DNA from: Patescibacteria group bacterium
Lineage (GTDB): Bacteria; Patescibacteriota; Patescibacteriia; XYB2-FULL-38-15
Assembly (NCBI GenBank): GCA_041653675.1
Contig: JBAZEY010000001.1
Span: 64,098 to 128,097, forward strand
Direction of reading: 5' to 3'
DNA length: 64,000 bases
The translations under genes and the position numbers were made by a program. The notes under the pieces were generated by a model. It ran no database searches. It was not told the DNA's origin and was given only the letters and a program-made list of their open reading frames with translations. Within the stretch, counting starts at the first letter, position 1; each line of letters opens with the position of its first letter. Positions 19,031-29,143 of the stretch are shown here, piece by piece.

Positions 19031-19168
19031 GGTTTTACTTTATCATATTTTTATAATTTTGTCAAGGGTTATTGACAAAATAAGCAAAAAGCCCCAGTTT
19101 TATAGGGCTTTTCTTTATTCCGTATTTATGTTATGATATGTGAATAATTAATAAAAATTAGTAATATT

Positions 19169-19927
19169 ATGTTGGAAAAAGAATTACAAAAATTAGGCTT
19201 ATCAGACAAAGAAGCCAAGGTTTATTTATCTTCAATGGAACTCGGGCCATCTCCGGTGCAAAGCATCGCGAGCAAGGCTGGCGTTAATCGCGCCACAACT
19301 TATGTGATGATTGAATCCCTGATTGAACGGGGACTGATGAGTTCTTTTGAAAAAGGTAAGAAGAAATTTTTCACAGCTGAATCGCCTTTGCGTCTTTTGG
19401 CTCTACTCCGAAAAGAAGAAGCGGAAATTAAAGATAAAATGAGAAATTTAGAAGAAATAATTCCGCACATGAACACACTTTTGGCTAACACGGAAGAGAG
19501 ACCGAGAGTTCGTTTTTACGAGGGAAAAGAAGGACTTCGGGCGGTACAGGAGGATTTTTTACGGACACATGATAAAAAAATAGAAACAATTTATTCGGCT
19601 GATTATATTCGCCAAGTTTTTACCGATGATGAAAGAAAAGAATATGTGGAAAAAAGAATGGAAAAGGGGATCAAGGTTAGATCAATTTACACATTTGAAA
19701 AAGGTACTTTAGTGGATAAAACGGCCACGAGATGTAAAATTCCTACCTCAAAATTCCCGCTTTTTTGCGATATTATTATGTATGGCAACAATGTGGCAAT
19801 AACTTCCCTAAAAGGGAGATTATTTGGCATTATTGTGGAAAGTAAAGAGTTCGCCGATACCATGAGATCCATATTTGAATTATCCTGGGAAGCTGCGGAA
19901 AAATATAAATCAGAAGAGAAAAAATAA
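19169..19927 (+). CDS. TrmB-family transcriptional regulator
   Basis: N-terminal wHTH LGLSDKEAKVYLSSMELGPSPVQSIASKAGVNRATTYVMIESLIERGL. Confidence 0.65.
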   Translation: MLEKELQKLGLSDKEAKVYLSSMELGPSPVQSIASKAGVNRATTYVMIESLIERGLMSSFEKGKKKFFTAESPLRLLALLRKEEAEIKDKMRNLEEIIPHMNTLLANTEERPRVRFYEGKEGLRAVQEDFLRTHDKKIETIYSADYIRQVFTDDERKEYVEKRMEKGIKVRSIYTFEKGTLVDKTATRCKIPTSKFPLFCDIIMYGNNVAITSLKGRLFGIIVESKEFADTMRSIFELSWEAAEKYKSEEKK

Positions 19928-19939
19928 TTTTTTAGATAA

Positions 19940-20340
19940 AAAAACAGCCCGATTATTTTGGCGTGCCTATGTCCACTTAATGGATTCGGCAATCGCCGCA
20001 ACTCTCGGGCTGGATCGCCTGAGAAGGGTAGTGTCCTGCTCTTCACAAGCGGGTTCAACGCTTGCGCGTTGTTGCTCAGTCTCCTGAATCTCCCATGGGG
20101 TTCTCCTTGTCGGAGAGGACTATCTAAAGCAGCAAGCCAAGGCCAAAAGCCTCAAAGCTAAGCCGCAAAAGGCGAATGGGTCTCGAACGACCTCTATTTA
20201 CGCCCTCCTTTCTAGCGGCATGAAGCTTATCAGCTAGTCTGGTGTGGGTAGGTTGGATTGGTTGGCCGAAAGCCGCTACTTCAGAAATCCTCAAGAATTG
20301 GGACGAGGGCATCCCGCCCCATTGCTGATTCTAATTTAAC
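19940..20340. ncRNA. candidate structured RNA (GC-rich intergenic, many local hairpins; family not identified)
   Basis: About 55% GC noncoding region between trmB-like and holB. An 8-bp long-range stem CAGCCCGA/TCGGGCTG. T-arm-like hairpin CAAGCG-GGTTCAA-CGCTTG. Confidence 0.25.
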
Positions 20341-20392
20341 ACGGTATTAAAGATTTGTCAAGTTCAATTGACAAAACATAAGAAGTTAGCCA

Positions 20393-21373
20393 ATGTTTTC
20401 TAATATTATCGGCCATAAAAATATCACAAGTTTCCTGACAAAAAGCTTGAAAAATAGGGAAGTTTCCCACGCTTATTTGTTTTATGGTCCGGCGCGTTTG
20501 GGCAAAAAAACCGTGGCTAGCCGCTTTGCTGAGGCTGTACTCGGTCAGCCGATTTTAAATCATCCGGATGTTTATGAGGTCCGCCGCGAGCGAAAGGAAA
20601 AAGAAGAAAAATTAGCTAAAAATATTAGTATTGAGCAAGTACGCGAATTGGAGCGAAAATTATCTTTGAGCTCCTTTTTAAATTCATACAAAATTGGTAT
20701 TATAGAAGAGGCGGAGACTTTAAGTCTTGAGGCGGCTAATAGTTTGTTGAAGACTCTAGAGGAGCCGACGGCTAAGACCATAATCATTCTTATTTCTACG
20801 AGTATTTCGGCGCTGCCGGCGACGATTGTTTCTCGTTGCCAGACTTTAAAATTTTTGTCAGTAGCAAAAGAAAAAATTTATGACAGATTGCTAGAGCTTG
20901 GGGCAAGCCGCGATGAAGCGAGGGATTTGGCGGGAATTTCTTGGGGTAAGCCCGGCCTCGCGCTTGATTTTTGGGAAAATCGGAAAAATGAGGGGCAGGA
21001 GTCGGCGGTCGCGGAATATGAAGAACAAGCGCAAAATATTTTGGATTTAATGAAAGCAGAAACGCTGCGCGACAAAATGAAAATTTTTGATGAGGTTTTA
21101 GGAAAAGATCCGGGCACGGAAGATTTGTTTGGTTCCCTAAACCAGATTTTATCTCTTTGGACTTCGGTTTTACGCGACGCGGTAATGCTTCGCGAGGGAT
21201 GTCCGGAACTTGTGGCGAATATGAGATTTTCCGAAGAGATAAAAAAAGTTTCCAGCCGTTTTGGCACAGAAAAATTTCCCGAGCTCTACCGAGAGATTCG
21301 GCTTGCTAGAAAATATTTTGGAGAAAATTTAAATCCGCGTTTGGTTTTAGAAAATTTAATGCTTTCTTTTTAA
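20393..21373 (+). CDS. holB: DNA polymerase III subunit delta'
   Basis: AAA+ motifs: HAYLFYGPARLGKKT (Walker A-like) and ILISTSISALPATIVSRCQ (SRC). Confidence 0.75.
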   Translation: MFSNIIGHKNITSFLTKSLKNREVSHAYLFYGPARLGKKTVASRFAEAVLGQPILNHPDVYEVRRERKEKEEKLAKNISIEQVRELERKLSLSSFLNSYKIGIIEEAETLSLEAANSLLKTLEEPTAKTIIILISTSISALPATIVSRCQTLKFLSVAKEKIYDRLLELGASRDEARDLAGISWGKPGLALDFWENRKNEGQESAVAEYEEQAQNILDLMKAETLRDKMKIFDEVLGKDPGTEDLFGSLNQILSLWTSVLRDAVMLREGCPELVANMRFSEEIKKVSSRFGTEKFPELYREIRLARKYFGENLNPRLVLENLMLSF

Positions 21374-21388
21374 ATAATTTTTTAAATT

Positions 21389-22444
21389 ATGAAAAAAATC
21401 TATTTTGTTTTTTTTCTTTTAGCCGGACTAGTTTTGACGGGCGCGGGGTGCATTAGTTTTTCTGGCGGCGGAACAAGCGGAACAGACGGGGGAATTTTTA
21501 AATCAGCTGACAAGGCGGAAAATTGGGGGCAAAAAGTTGCCGTGGCGGCGGTGCAGCCAGGAAGCTTGGCGAACGTTAATGTTGTATCTTTGGTTTTTGA
21601 TCCCGCGGATTCAAAAACAATGTATCTAGCTACGGCCGAGAATGGCCTTTTTTATACGACCGACGGCGCGGAATCATGGTTTACTGCCGGATCGCTTGCT
21701 GGCGGAAGAATTAATGCCGTGGCACCGGACGCGAAAGATAAATGCAATGTTTACGCCGCCGCGGGAAATAAAATTTTTAAAACTTCGGACTGCACGAGAA
21801 GCTGGCAGAATATTTATGTTGATACGCGCGCCGACCAAGCCGTGACGGCGCTCGCGGCCGATTCTTACACGCCGAGCATTATCTATGCCGGGCTTTCTGG
21901 CGGAGATTTTTTGAAATCCACCGATTCTGGGGCGAGCTGGACGGTGACGAAGCGTTTTGAAAATCAAGTCATGAAAATTTTAGTTAATTTTTACGACACA
22001 AGAATAATTTACGTTGGAACTCAAGGGCGGGGAGTTTGGAAAACAACAGACGGCGGAGCGAATTGGACAGACTTGAGCGAAAAATTAAATCAGTTCGACG
22101 GGGCGCGTGACTACAAAAATTTAATCTTGGATTTTTCTAAGCGCGATTCTTTGATTTTGGCATCTCGCTATGGATTACTCCGTTCGTCAGATGGCGGCTC
22201 GTCTTGGCAAGCGATAAATCTTTTAACCCCGCCGGGCAGCGTGGATATTTATTCGCTCGCAGCTAATCCGCAAAATGGAAATGAAATTTATTACGGGACG
22301 ACTTCCACACTTTATAAAACGAGTGATGGCGGATCAAAATGGGTGACAAAAAAATTACCGACAACCCGCGCCGCGACGTATTTATTAGTTGATCCAGGAA
22401 ACGGCAGTATTGTTTATCTTGGCACGACAAGATTTCAAAAATAA
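21389..22444 (+). CDS. BNR/Asp-box repeat (Ycf48/sortilin-like beta-propeller) lipoprotein
   Basis: Lipobox LTGAGC. Repeated S/T-D-G-G-x-(S/N)-W Asp-box motifs (TDGAESW, TDSGASW, TDGGANW, SDGGSSW, SDGGSKW). Confidence 0.55.
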   Translation: MKKIYFVFFLLAGLVLTGAGCISFSGGGTSGTDGGIFKSADKAENWGQKVAVAAVQPGSLANVNVVSLVFDPADSKTMYLATAENGLFYTTDGAESWFTAGSLAGGRINAVAPDAKDKCNVYAAAGNKIFKTSDCTRSWQNIYVDTRADQAVTALAADSYTPSIIYAGLSGGDFLKSTDSGASWTVTKRFENQVMKILVNFYDTRIIYVGTQGRGVWKTTDGGANWTDLSEKLNQFDGARDYKNLILDFSKRDSLILASRYGLLRSSDGGSSWQAINLLTPPGSVDIYSLAANPQNGNEIYYGTTSTLYKTSDGGSKWVTKKLPTTRAATYLLVDPGNGSIVYLGTTRFQK

Positions 22445-22465
22445 TTTATAAATAAAAATAATTTT

Positions 22466-22750
22466 ATGACAGGAGAATTTAGGGGTGAGGGGGAGTTATC
22501 AGGAGAAGCTTTAGAGGAACAAAAACATCAAGAATTTTTAGCCGCAGAAGAGGAAGTGGGCAAAATAATGGAGGAAATTAATAGAATATTTGCGACGATG
22601 CCAGACAGAAGAGAGGCGGAAAAAGTTGTATTAGAAAATTGGGGAGATAAAATGGATAAAGCTATGAAGGTGTCAGGAGAAGCCCTTAGAGAGTGGTTGA
22701 GAGCCATGGAAGAATCTCAGGCAAAATATAAAAGAGAAATGGGGAAATAA
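22466..22750 (+). CDS. hypothetical acidic protein
   Basis: ORF with native codon usage. Confidence 0.35.
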   Translation: MTGEFRGEGELSGEALEEQKHQEFLAAEEEVGKIMEEINRIFATMPDRREAEKVVLENWGDKMDKAMKVSGEALREWLRAMEESQAKYKREMGK

Positions 22751-22765
22751 TTATATTGAAAAAAT

Positions 22766-23320
22766 ATGAATAATTTTTTAGAAGCACATAAAGAAGATTT
22801 TGCAAAAACCGTGGAGCATTTGAAAGGAGAGTTGTCGGCGCTCCGGACCGGGCGGGCGAACGCGTCGCTTGTGGAAAATATTTTAGTTGAAGCGTACGGC
22901 ATCAAAACTCCGATTCGCGGTTTGGCAAATATTACTGTTCCCGATCCGAGAACTTTGGCGATTGAGCCATGGGACAAAAGTGTTATAAAAGATATGGAAA
23001 AAGCGATTCAGATGGCGAATATTGGGATTAATCCGGTGAATGAGGGAACGAAAATCCGCCTCTCCATGCCGCAGATGACCGAGGAAAATCGGAAAGAAAT
23101 GATTAAAATTCTTGGCCAAAAATTAGAGCTGGCGAGGATAAGTTTACGAAACGTCCGCGAGGCGGTAAAAGATGAAATTAATAAAGCGGAAAAAGACAAA
23201 AAAATTGGTGAAGATGAAAAATTTAGATTTCAAGAAGAGTTGGAAGAATTTGTTAAAGAAAAAAATGAGGAAGTAAAAACAATCGGTGAGAAAAAAGAAC
23301 AGGAATTAATGACGATTTAA
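22766..23320 (+). CDS. frr: ribosome recycling factor
   Basis: LSALRTGRANASLVENILVEAYG and PQMTEENRKEM motifs, 184 aa. Confidence 0.85.
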   Translation: MNNFLEAHKEDFAKTVEHLKGELSALRTGRANASLVENILVEAYGIKTPIRGLANITVPDPRTLAIEPWDKSVIKDMEKAIQMANIGINPVNEGTKIRLSMPQMTEENRKEMIKILGQKLELARISLRNVREAVKDEINKAEKDKKIGEDEKFRFQEELEEFVKEKNEEVKTIGEKKEQELMTI

Positions 23321-23325
23321 TTTTT

Positions 23326-24684
23326 ATGGCAAAAAAAGAAAATCAGAATGAATTAATGGATAAAATCGTTTCGCTTTGCAAGCGGCGCGGTTTTATTTTT
23401 CCTGGTTCGGAAATTTATGGCGGCATGGCGAATTCCTGGGATTACGGGCCGCTTGGCGTAGAACTAAAAAATAATGTTAAACAGGCGTGGTGGAAAAAAT
23501 TTGTTCATTCCCGAACGGACATGGTTGGAATTGACGCGGCGCTGATTATGAATCCGAAAGTTTGGGAAGCGTCTGGGCATTTGAAAAATTTTACCGATCC
23601 GCTTGTGGAATGTAAAAAATGCCATGAAAGATTTCGAGCGGATAAAATTTCAGGTGACAAATGTCCGGCTTGCGGTGGGGAATTGACTACAGCAAAACAA
23701 TTTAATTTGATGTTTAAAACTTTTATCGGTCCGGCTGAAGAGTCGGCGAACGTCGCGTATTTCCGTCCTGAGACGGCGCAGGCAATGTTTGTGGATTTTA
23801 AACAAGTCACGGAAACTTCAAGAAAAAGAATTCCTTTTGGCATTGCCCAGATTGGCAAGGCATTCCGAAATGAAATCACTCCGGGAAATTTTATTTTCCG
23901 CACGCGCGAATTTGAACAGATGGAAATTGAATATTTTATCCGCCCGCCTAGACTCGGCGAGGCTGGCGAAAAAGATTGGGAAAAAACTTTTGAATATTGG
24001 CACGAGGAAATGTATGAATGGATGAGGATGCTGGGCTTAGAGAAAAAACATTTGCATGATTTGGAAGTTCCGGAAAAAGAACGGGCGCATTATTCCAAAC
24101 GGACGATTGATATCGAATATGATTTTCCTTTTGGCACGGATGAACTCTACGGCCTGGCTTACCGCACGGATTTTGATTTAGGAAATCATTCAAAGGCCAG
24201 CGGCCAGAGTTTAGAATATTTGGATCCGGAAACGCAGGAAAAATTTATTCCGCACGTGATTGAGCCGACGTTTGGCGTTGACCGGTCAGTGCTCGCGGTT
24301 TTATGTGAATCGTATAATGAAGAAGAAGCGCCGACTTCGGAAGAAGGGAAAACAGAACCGCGAGTGGTTTTGAAGTTTCCGAAATGGCTCGCGCCGATTA
24401 AAGTCGCGATTTTGCCATTATCTAAAAAAGAAGAGTTGGCAAAAGTGGCGCGGCCGCTTTATGAAGATTTGGTCAAAAATTTTGTTTGTGAATACGACGA
24501 AACGCAATCAATCGGCAAGCGCTACCGCCGCCAGGATGAAATTGGCACGCCATATTGTGTGACAGTTGATTTTGAAACTTTGGAAGACAAAGCCGTGACG
24601 GTTCGCGACCGCGACACGATGAAACAAGAGAGAATCAAAATTGAAGAATTAAAAAATTATTTAAAAAATAAGTTGGAGGAGTAA
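23326..24684 (+). CDS. glyQS: glycine--tRNA ligase (homodimeric class II GlyRS)
   Basis: FRNEITPGNFIFRTREFEQMEIEYF motif 2/3 region and zinc-ribbon insert CKKCHERF...CPACGG. Confidence 0.85.
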   Translation: MAKKENQNELMDKIVSLCKRRGFIFPGSEIYGGMANSWDYGPLGVELKNNVKQAWWKKFVHSRTDMVGIDAALIMNPKVWEASGHLKNFTDPLVECKKCHERFRADKISGDKCPACGGELTTAKQFNLMFKTFIGPAEESANVAYFRPETAQAMFVDFKQVTETSRKRIPFGIAQIGKAFRNEITPGNFIFRTREFEQMEIEYFIRPPRLGEAGEKDWEKTFEYWHEEMYEWMRMLGLEKKHLHDLEVPEKERAHYSKRTIDIEYDFPFGTDELYGLAYRTDFDLGNHSKASGQSLEYLDPETQEKFIPHVIEPTFGVDRSVLAVLCESYNEEEAPTSEEGKTEPRVVLKFPKWLAPIKVAILPLSKKEELAKVARPLYEDLVKNFVCEYDETQSIGKRYRRQDEIGTPYCVTVDFETLEDKAVTVRDRDTMKQERIKIEELKNYLKNKLEE

Positions 24685-24688
24685 AATT

Positions 24689-24967
24689 ATGGTTTTTAGA
24701 AACAGTCCATCATCAGAACAACACGAGGAACAAGAAAGAATAAAGTGGGCCGAAGAGACAATGAAACGAGAAATTGAACAAATCGCGGCTCAGTTAAACG
24801 ACATTTTAGGAAAGGAAAATTATGTTATAGATCGAGAGGGGAAGATAACACCTACTCGACAAGGTGATTTAAAATTGGAGCCAAAAGAATCAGAGTTGGT
24901 GGAGCAATTGGAAAAGCGCTTGCGGCAAGTTTATGGCGACTTGAAGAAAGTTCATAAGAGTACTTAA
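24689..24967 (+). CDS. hypothetical protein
   Basis: ORF only. Confidence 0.3.
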   Translation: MVFRNSPSSEQHEEQERIKWAEETMKREIEQIAAQLNDILGKENYVIDREGKITPTRQGDLKLEPKESELVEQLEKRLRQVYGDLKKVHKST

Positions 24968-25014
24968 GATATTTGTAGATTGGGACTTCATTTGCAGATT
25001 TGAATTAATTTTTT

Positions 25015-26283
25015 ATGTTTCAAAAAAAAGTATTAAAAAGTGGATTGCGCTTGATTACCGCGCCGATTTCCGGAACTGAGGCGGCGACAATTTTAGTTTT
25101 GTGTAAAGTTGGTTCGCGTTATGAAGAATTGCCGCAAAACGGCGTTTCGCATTTTATTGAACACATGATGTTTAAGGGAACAAAACGCCGGCCAGAGACG
25201 ATTGATATTTCCAGGGATTTGGACAGCGTGGGCGCGGAATACAACGCTTTTACTTCGCGTGACCACACGGGGTATTACATAAAAATTGAACAAGATAAAA
25301 TTGAATTGGCACTGGACATGCTCTCTGACATGCTTTGGAATTCTAAATTTGATGAGAAAGAAATTAAACGCGAGTCGGGTGTGATTTCGGAGGAAATCAG
25401 AATGTATGAAGATAATCCGATGATGTTTATTGAAGATCTTCTGGAGCAGACGATGTTTGGCGACCATCCACTCGGCCGGAAAATCAGCGGCGATGTGGCG
25501 ACCGTCAAAAGTTTTAATAGAAAAATGATGTTGGAGTACCGCGATAAATTTTATCAGCCGAATAATACGGTTCTAGCTCTGGCGGGAAAATTTGATGATC
25601 GGGCGGTCGGACTTGCTGAAAAATATTTTGGCGCGGGGGGCGTGAAAGCTAAACCAATTTTTAAAAAATTTGATTTTTCCGCGGGAGAAGCGAAGCCGAA
25701 ATTAAAAGTTCAATTTAAAGAAACCGAACAGGTGCAATTGGCTTTTGGTTTTCCGGGGTTTTCCCATTCAGATTCAAAACTCTACGCCCTACAGCTCATG
25801 AGCATAATTTTGGGCGGTTATATGAGTTCGCGTCTTTTTATTTCCATCCGCGAGAAACGGGGATTATGCTATTTTATTAGATCATACGCGAATGTCTACG
25901 AAGATACGGGGAATTTAGTAATTCAGTCCGGACTCGATAAAACAAGAATTACTTCGGCAATCGGCGCGATTTTTGAAGAATTGGATAAGGTTGCTCAAAA
26001 GGGTGTGACGGAAGAAGAGTTGGAGCGGGCGAAAGAATGTGTTAAGGGCAGGTTGGTTTTGGCGCTTGAAGATTCAAGCCAGGTAGCCGATTGGTATGCC
26101 AGGCAAGATCTTTTGACCGGAGAAATTTTGACACCGGAGGAAAAATTGAAAAAAGTTTTTGCCGTGACAACGGGAGATATTAAAAAAATTGCGAAAGAAG
26201 TGATGCAGAAAAAAAACATGACTGTCGCTCTGATCGGGCCGTTTAAGGATGAAGCGCCTTTCGCGAAGTTCCTAAATTTATAA
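25015..26283 (+). CDS. M16 family zinc peptidase (pitrilysin/insulinase-like)
   Basis: Inverted zinc motif HFIEHMMFKGT (HxxEH). Confidence 0.75.
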   Translation: MFQKKVLKSGLRLITAPISGTEAATILVLCKVGSRYEELPQNGVSHFIEHMMFKGTKRRPETIDISRDLDSVGAEYNAFTSRDHTGYYIKIEQDKIELALDMLSDMLWNSKFDEKEIKRESGVISEEIRMYEDNPMMFIEDLLEQTMFGDHPLGRKISGDVATVKSFNRKMMLEYRDKFYQPNNTVLALAGKFDDRAVGLAEKYFGAGGVKAKPIFKKFDFSAGEAKPKLKVQFKETEQVQLAFGFPGFSHSDSKLYALQLMSIILGGYMSSRLFISIREKRGLCYFIRSYANVYEDTGNLVIQSGLDKTRITSAIGAIFEELDKVAQKGVTEEELERAKECVKGRLVLALEDSSQVADWYARQDLLTGEILTPEEKLKKVFAVTTGDIKKIAKEVMQKKNMTVALIGPFKDEAPFAKFLNL

Positions 26284-26295
26284 AAATTTTAAGAT

Positions 26296-27069
26296 ATGAA
26301 AAAAAAGATTTTTGTCGCCAATTGGAAAATGAATTTAACCGTGGCGGAAACAGAAGATCTTACGGAAAAATTGAGCCAAGGATTGCGAAGCCTTGCGAAC
26401 GAAAAAACGGAAATAATTTTATGTCCGGCTTTTCCCGCCTTGGATAATCTTTCTCTAATACTTAGGAAAGAAAATCCGGCTGATTTGAAAATTGGCGCGC
26501 AAGATGTTTTTTGGGAAGAGAAGGGCGCTTTTACCGGAGAGGTTTCAGTGAAAATGTTGAAAGAGGCAGATTGTCGTTATGTTATTGTCGGACACTCGGA
26601 GCGCCGGAAAAATTTGGGAGAGACAGATGAAATGGTAAATAAAAAAGTAAAAATTTTATTGGAGAATGACCTTACGCCGATTGTTTGCGTTGGAGAAACT
26701 TTTGAAGAAAGGCAGAAGGGGATTCGCGATGTCCGGGTTGCCGCGGAAACCACGGCGGCGGTGGAAGGAATTGAGCTTTTTGGAAATAAAAAAATTATTA
26801 TCGCGTACGAACCAGTCTGGGTAATCGGCACGGGCCAGGCGGTAGAACCGGAAGACGCGGAACATTCTCATCGGATGATTCGCGAGGCGTTATTAGAGAT
26901 TTTTCCGCCAGATGCTATTGAAAAACATTTCCAGATTATTTATGGCGGGAGCGTTGACAGCAAAAATATCAGAGATTTCGTTGATAGGGAAAATATTGAC
27001 GGAGTTTTAGTTGGAGGAGCATCGCTTAAAGTTGAAGAATTTGTTAAAATGATAAAAGAGATAGCATAA
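26296..27069 (+). CDS. tpiA: triosephosphate isomerase
   Basis: VIVGHSERR and AYEPVWVIGTG motifs. Confidence 0.85.
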   Translation: MKKKIFVANWKMNLTVAETEDLTEKLSQGLRSLANEKTEIILCPAFPALDNLSLILRKENPADLKIGAQDVFWEEKGAFTGEVSVKMLKEADCRYVIVGHSERRKNLGETDEMVNKKVKILLENDLTPIVCVGETFEERQKGIRDVRVAAETTAAVEGIELFGNKKIIIAYEPVWVIGTGQAVEPEDAEHSHRMIREALLEIFPPDAIEKHFQIIYGGSVDSKNIRDFVDRENIDGVLVGGASLKVEEFVKMIKEIA

Positions 27070-27074
27070 TTTTT

Positions 27075-27941
27075 ATGCCACTTGTCCACATCAAAAATTT
27101 ATTGAAAGACGCGAGCCGCGGGAAATTTGCCCTCGGCGCATTTAATACGCAAAATTTAGAAACTACTTTGGCGATAATGCGCGCGGCGGAAGTTAATCGC
27201 GCGTCGTTTGTAATTCAAGTCAGCGAGGCGACGATTGATTATGCTGGATTGGAATCAATTACGGAAATTGTGAAAACCGCGGCAAAAAAAGAAATGAGGA
27301 ATTCTCGGGCGGCATTGCACCTTGATCATGGAAAGAAATTTGAATCAATTGTAAATTGTATCAAGGCTGGATTTTCTTCAATTATGATGGACGCCTCGCA
27401 TTTGCCTTTTAAAGAAAACATCGTAGTGACGCGCCGGGCGGTACAATACGCACATAAACACGGAGTATTTGCGCAAGGAGAAATAGGGCGGCTCGCGGGA
27501 GTGGAAGATGTTGTTCGCGTTGCCGGACACGAAGCTTTTATGACCCATCCGGACGAAGCAGCGGAGTTTGTTAAAAAAACCGGCGTTGATACTCTCGCGG
27601 TTTCTATCGGAAATGTTCACGGTATTACAAAAATCAGAGAAGGCGTGCCGAAACTTGACTTGGAGCGCTTGAAAGAAATTGAAAAAAAAGTTAAAGTTCC
27701 ATTAGTGTTGCACGGTGCTTCGGGTATTCCGGAAGAAGAAATAAAAAAGGCAATAAAATTGGGAATTAGAATAATTAATATTGATACGGAAATAAGATTG
27801 GCCTTCACGGATTCCTTGAGGGCGACGCTTTCAGGCGACAAAAATATTTTTGATCCAAGAAAAGTTTTAGCCCCGGCAATCTTGGCAGTAGAAAAAGTCG
27901 TGGCGGAGAAAATGAAGATCCTCGGCAGCGCAAAGAAATAA
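27075..27941 (+). CDS. fba: class II fructose-bisphosphate aldolase
   Basis: FNTQNLE and LHLDHG motifs, 288 aa. Confidence 0.8.
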   Translation: MPLVHIKNLLKDASRGKFALGAFNTQNLETTLAIMRAAEVNRASFVIQVSEATIDYAGLESITEIVKTAAKKEMRNSRAALHLDHGKKFESIVNCIKAGFSSIMMDASHLPFKENIVVTRRAVQYAHKHGVFAQGEIGRLAGVEDVVRVAGHEAFMTHPDEAAEFVKKTGVDTLAVSIGNVHGITKIREGVPKLDLERLKEIEKKVKVPLVLHGASGIPEEEIKKAIKLGIRIINIDTEIRLAFTDSLRATLSGDKNIFDPRKVLAPAILAVEKVVAEKMKILGSAKK

Positions 27942-27955
27942 TTTTAATTTTAAGT

Positions 27956-28741
27956 ATGTCATCTTACGATATTATTCCTTTAGGAACTATTGTTCTTTGT
28001 TTGGCTGGAATGATTTTTATTGTTGTGAGAAAATTTCCCGTTTTGGCGTCCATTAATATTGAAACCATAAAGAGCGAACAGGAAGCGGTTAAAAAAGAAA
28101 AAATTGTAGCCGAAAGGCTCAGCCGGAAAATTTCTTCCGCGGGAAAATTTTTATACGTCCTGCTTTCTCCGATTGGCCGGGCAGTAAAAGGATTATTTTC
28201 TAAAATTCACGCGAAAGTTTTGGATTGGGAGAAAAAATACGGTAATAAGAAAAAAGAAAAACAGATCTCTCTTCCTGATGCCGGCAGCCAGATGAAAACA
28301 CTTTTTTTTGAGGCAGAGGAATGTTTGAAAACGGGAAAACTGGAAGAAGCGGAACAAAAATGTATTGGCATTATCGCGCTTGACCATAAAAACATTGAGG
28401 CGTACAAAAAATTGGGCGCGGTTTATTTAGAACAGAAAAATTATGAGAATGCCTTTGAAACTTTTAAGCATATTCTTAAATTAAATCCTGATGATGCGGA
28501 AACAATTCTTGATCTTGGAGCGCTTCACCGAGAGCGGGGGGAAAATGACGCGGCACTCGCGAATTTTAAGAGAGCGGTTGAGCTTGAGCCGGGGAGCCCC
28601 AAAAACCTTGATTTTTTAATTGATATCAGTATAATAGTAAAGAACAAAGATTTGGCGGAAGAGACGCTTAAAAAGTTGAGAGAGGTAAATCCGGAAAATC
28701 AGAAATTGGCGGAATTCGCGGAGCGGATTAAGGCAATTTAA
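27956..28741 (+). CDS. TPR-repeat protein with N-terminal TM anchor
   Basis: TPR-like helical repeats (AYKKLGAVYLEQKNYENAFETFKHILKLNPDDAE...). Confidence 0.5.
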   Translation: MSSYDIIPLGTIVLCLAGMIFIVVRKFPVLASINIETIKSEQEAVKKEKIVAERLSRKISSAGKFLYVLLSPIGRAVKGLFSKIHAKVLDWEKKYGNKKKEKQISLPDAGSQMKTLFFEAEECLKTGKLEEAEQKCIGIIALDHKNIEAYKKLGAVYLEQKNYENAFETFKHILKLNPDDAETILDLGALHRERGENDAALANFKRAVELEPGSPKNLDFLIDISIIVKNKDLAEETLKKLREVNPENQKLAEFAERIKAI

Positions 28742-28797
28742 AAAGGGTGTAAAAATTGAAGATCGCCCGAAATATTTTTTGTTTTTGGCTAGGTTAT

Positions 28798-28870
28798 GCC
28801 GTTGTAGCTCAGTTGGTAGAGCATCTCCATGGTAAGGAGAAGGTCGCCAGTTCAATTCTGGCCAACGGCT
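28798..28870 (+). tRNA. tRNA-Thr (anticodon GGT)
   Basis: Cloverleaf folded by hand. Acceptor GCCGTTG/CAACGGC. Anticodon loop ATGGTAA. T-arm GCCAGTTCAATTCTGGC. CCA encoded. Confidence 0.8.
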
Positions 28871-28924
28871 CCATTCCTTTTCACAATCGGGGCCCCCAAA
28901 CGAAGTTTGGGGAAAAACATTAGG

Positions 28925-29007
28925 GGGCAGGTACCGAAGTAGTCAAACGGGGCAGACTGTAAATCTGCTGGCTCACGCCTTCCAAGGTGCAAATCCTTGC
29001 CTGCCCA
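28925..29007 (+). tRNA. tRNA-Tyr (anticodon GTA, long variable arm)
   Basis: Acceptor GGGCAGG/CCTGCCC. Anticodon loop CTGTAAA. Long variable arm. T-arm CAAGGTGCAAATCCTTG. Confidence 0.8.
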
Positions 29008-29028
29008 TTGAGTTTAAATTATCCCCGT

Positions 29029-29101
29029 TTGCCGATGTAGCTCAGCTGGTAGAGCAACGGTTTTGTAAACCGTAGGTCGCCGGTTCGAACCCGGCCATCG
29101 G
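29029..29101 (+). tRNA. tRNA-Thr (anticodon TGT)
   Basis: Acceptor GCCGATG/CATCGGC. Anticodon loop TTTGTAA. T-arm GCCGGTTCGAACCCGGC. Confidence 0.8.
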
Positions 29102-29143
29102 CTTTGAAGTAAAAATCTAAAATCATAAATCTAAAATAAATTT

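Noticed and set aside
19875-20312. Track ORFs 19875..20087, 19958..20161 and 20124..20312(-)
   Set aside because: Short, overlapping, no RBS. Lie in a hairpin-dense GC-rich intergenic region.
19930-20390. tmRNA or RNase P RNA assignment for this region
   Set aside because: Could not find the tmRNA 5' GGGG...GGAUUCGACGGG / 3' T-arm-ACCA ends, nor RNase P P4 motifs, on either strand. Only a 7-mer CGGCUUA matches. Left as unassigned ncRNA candidate.
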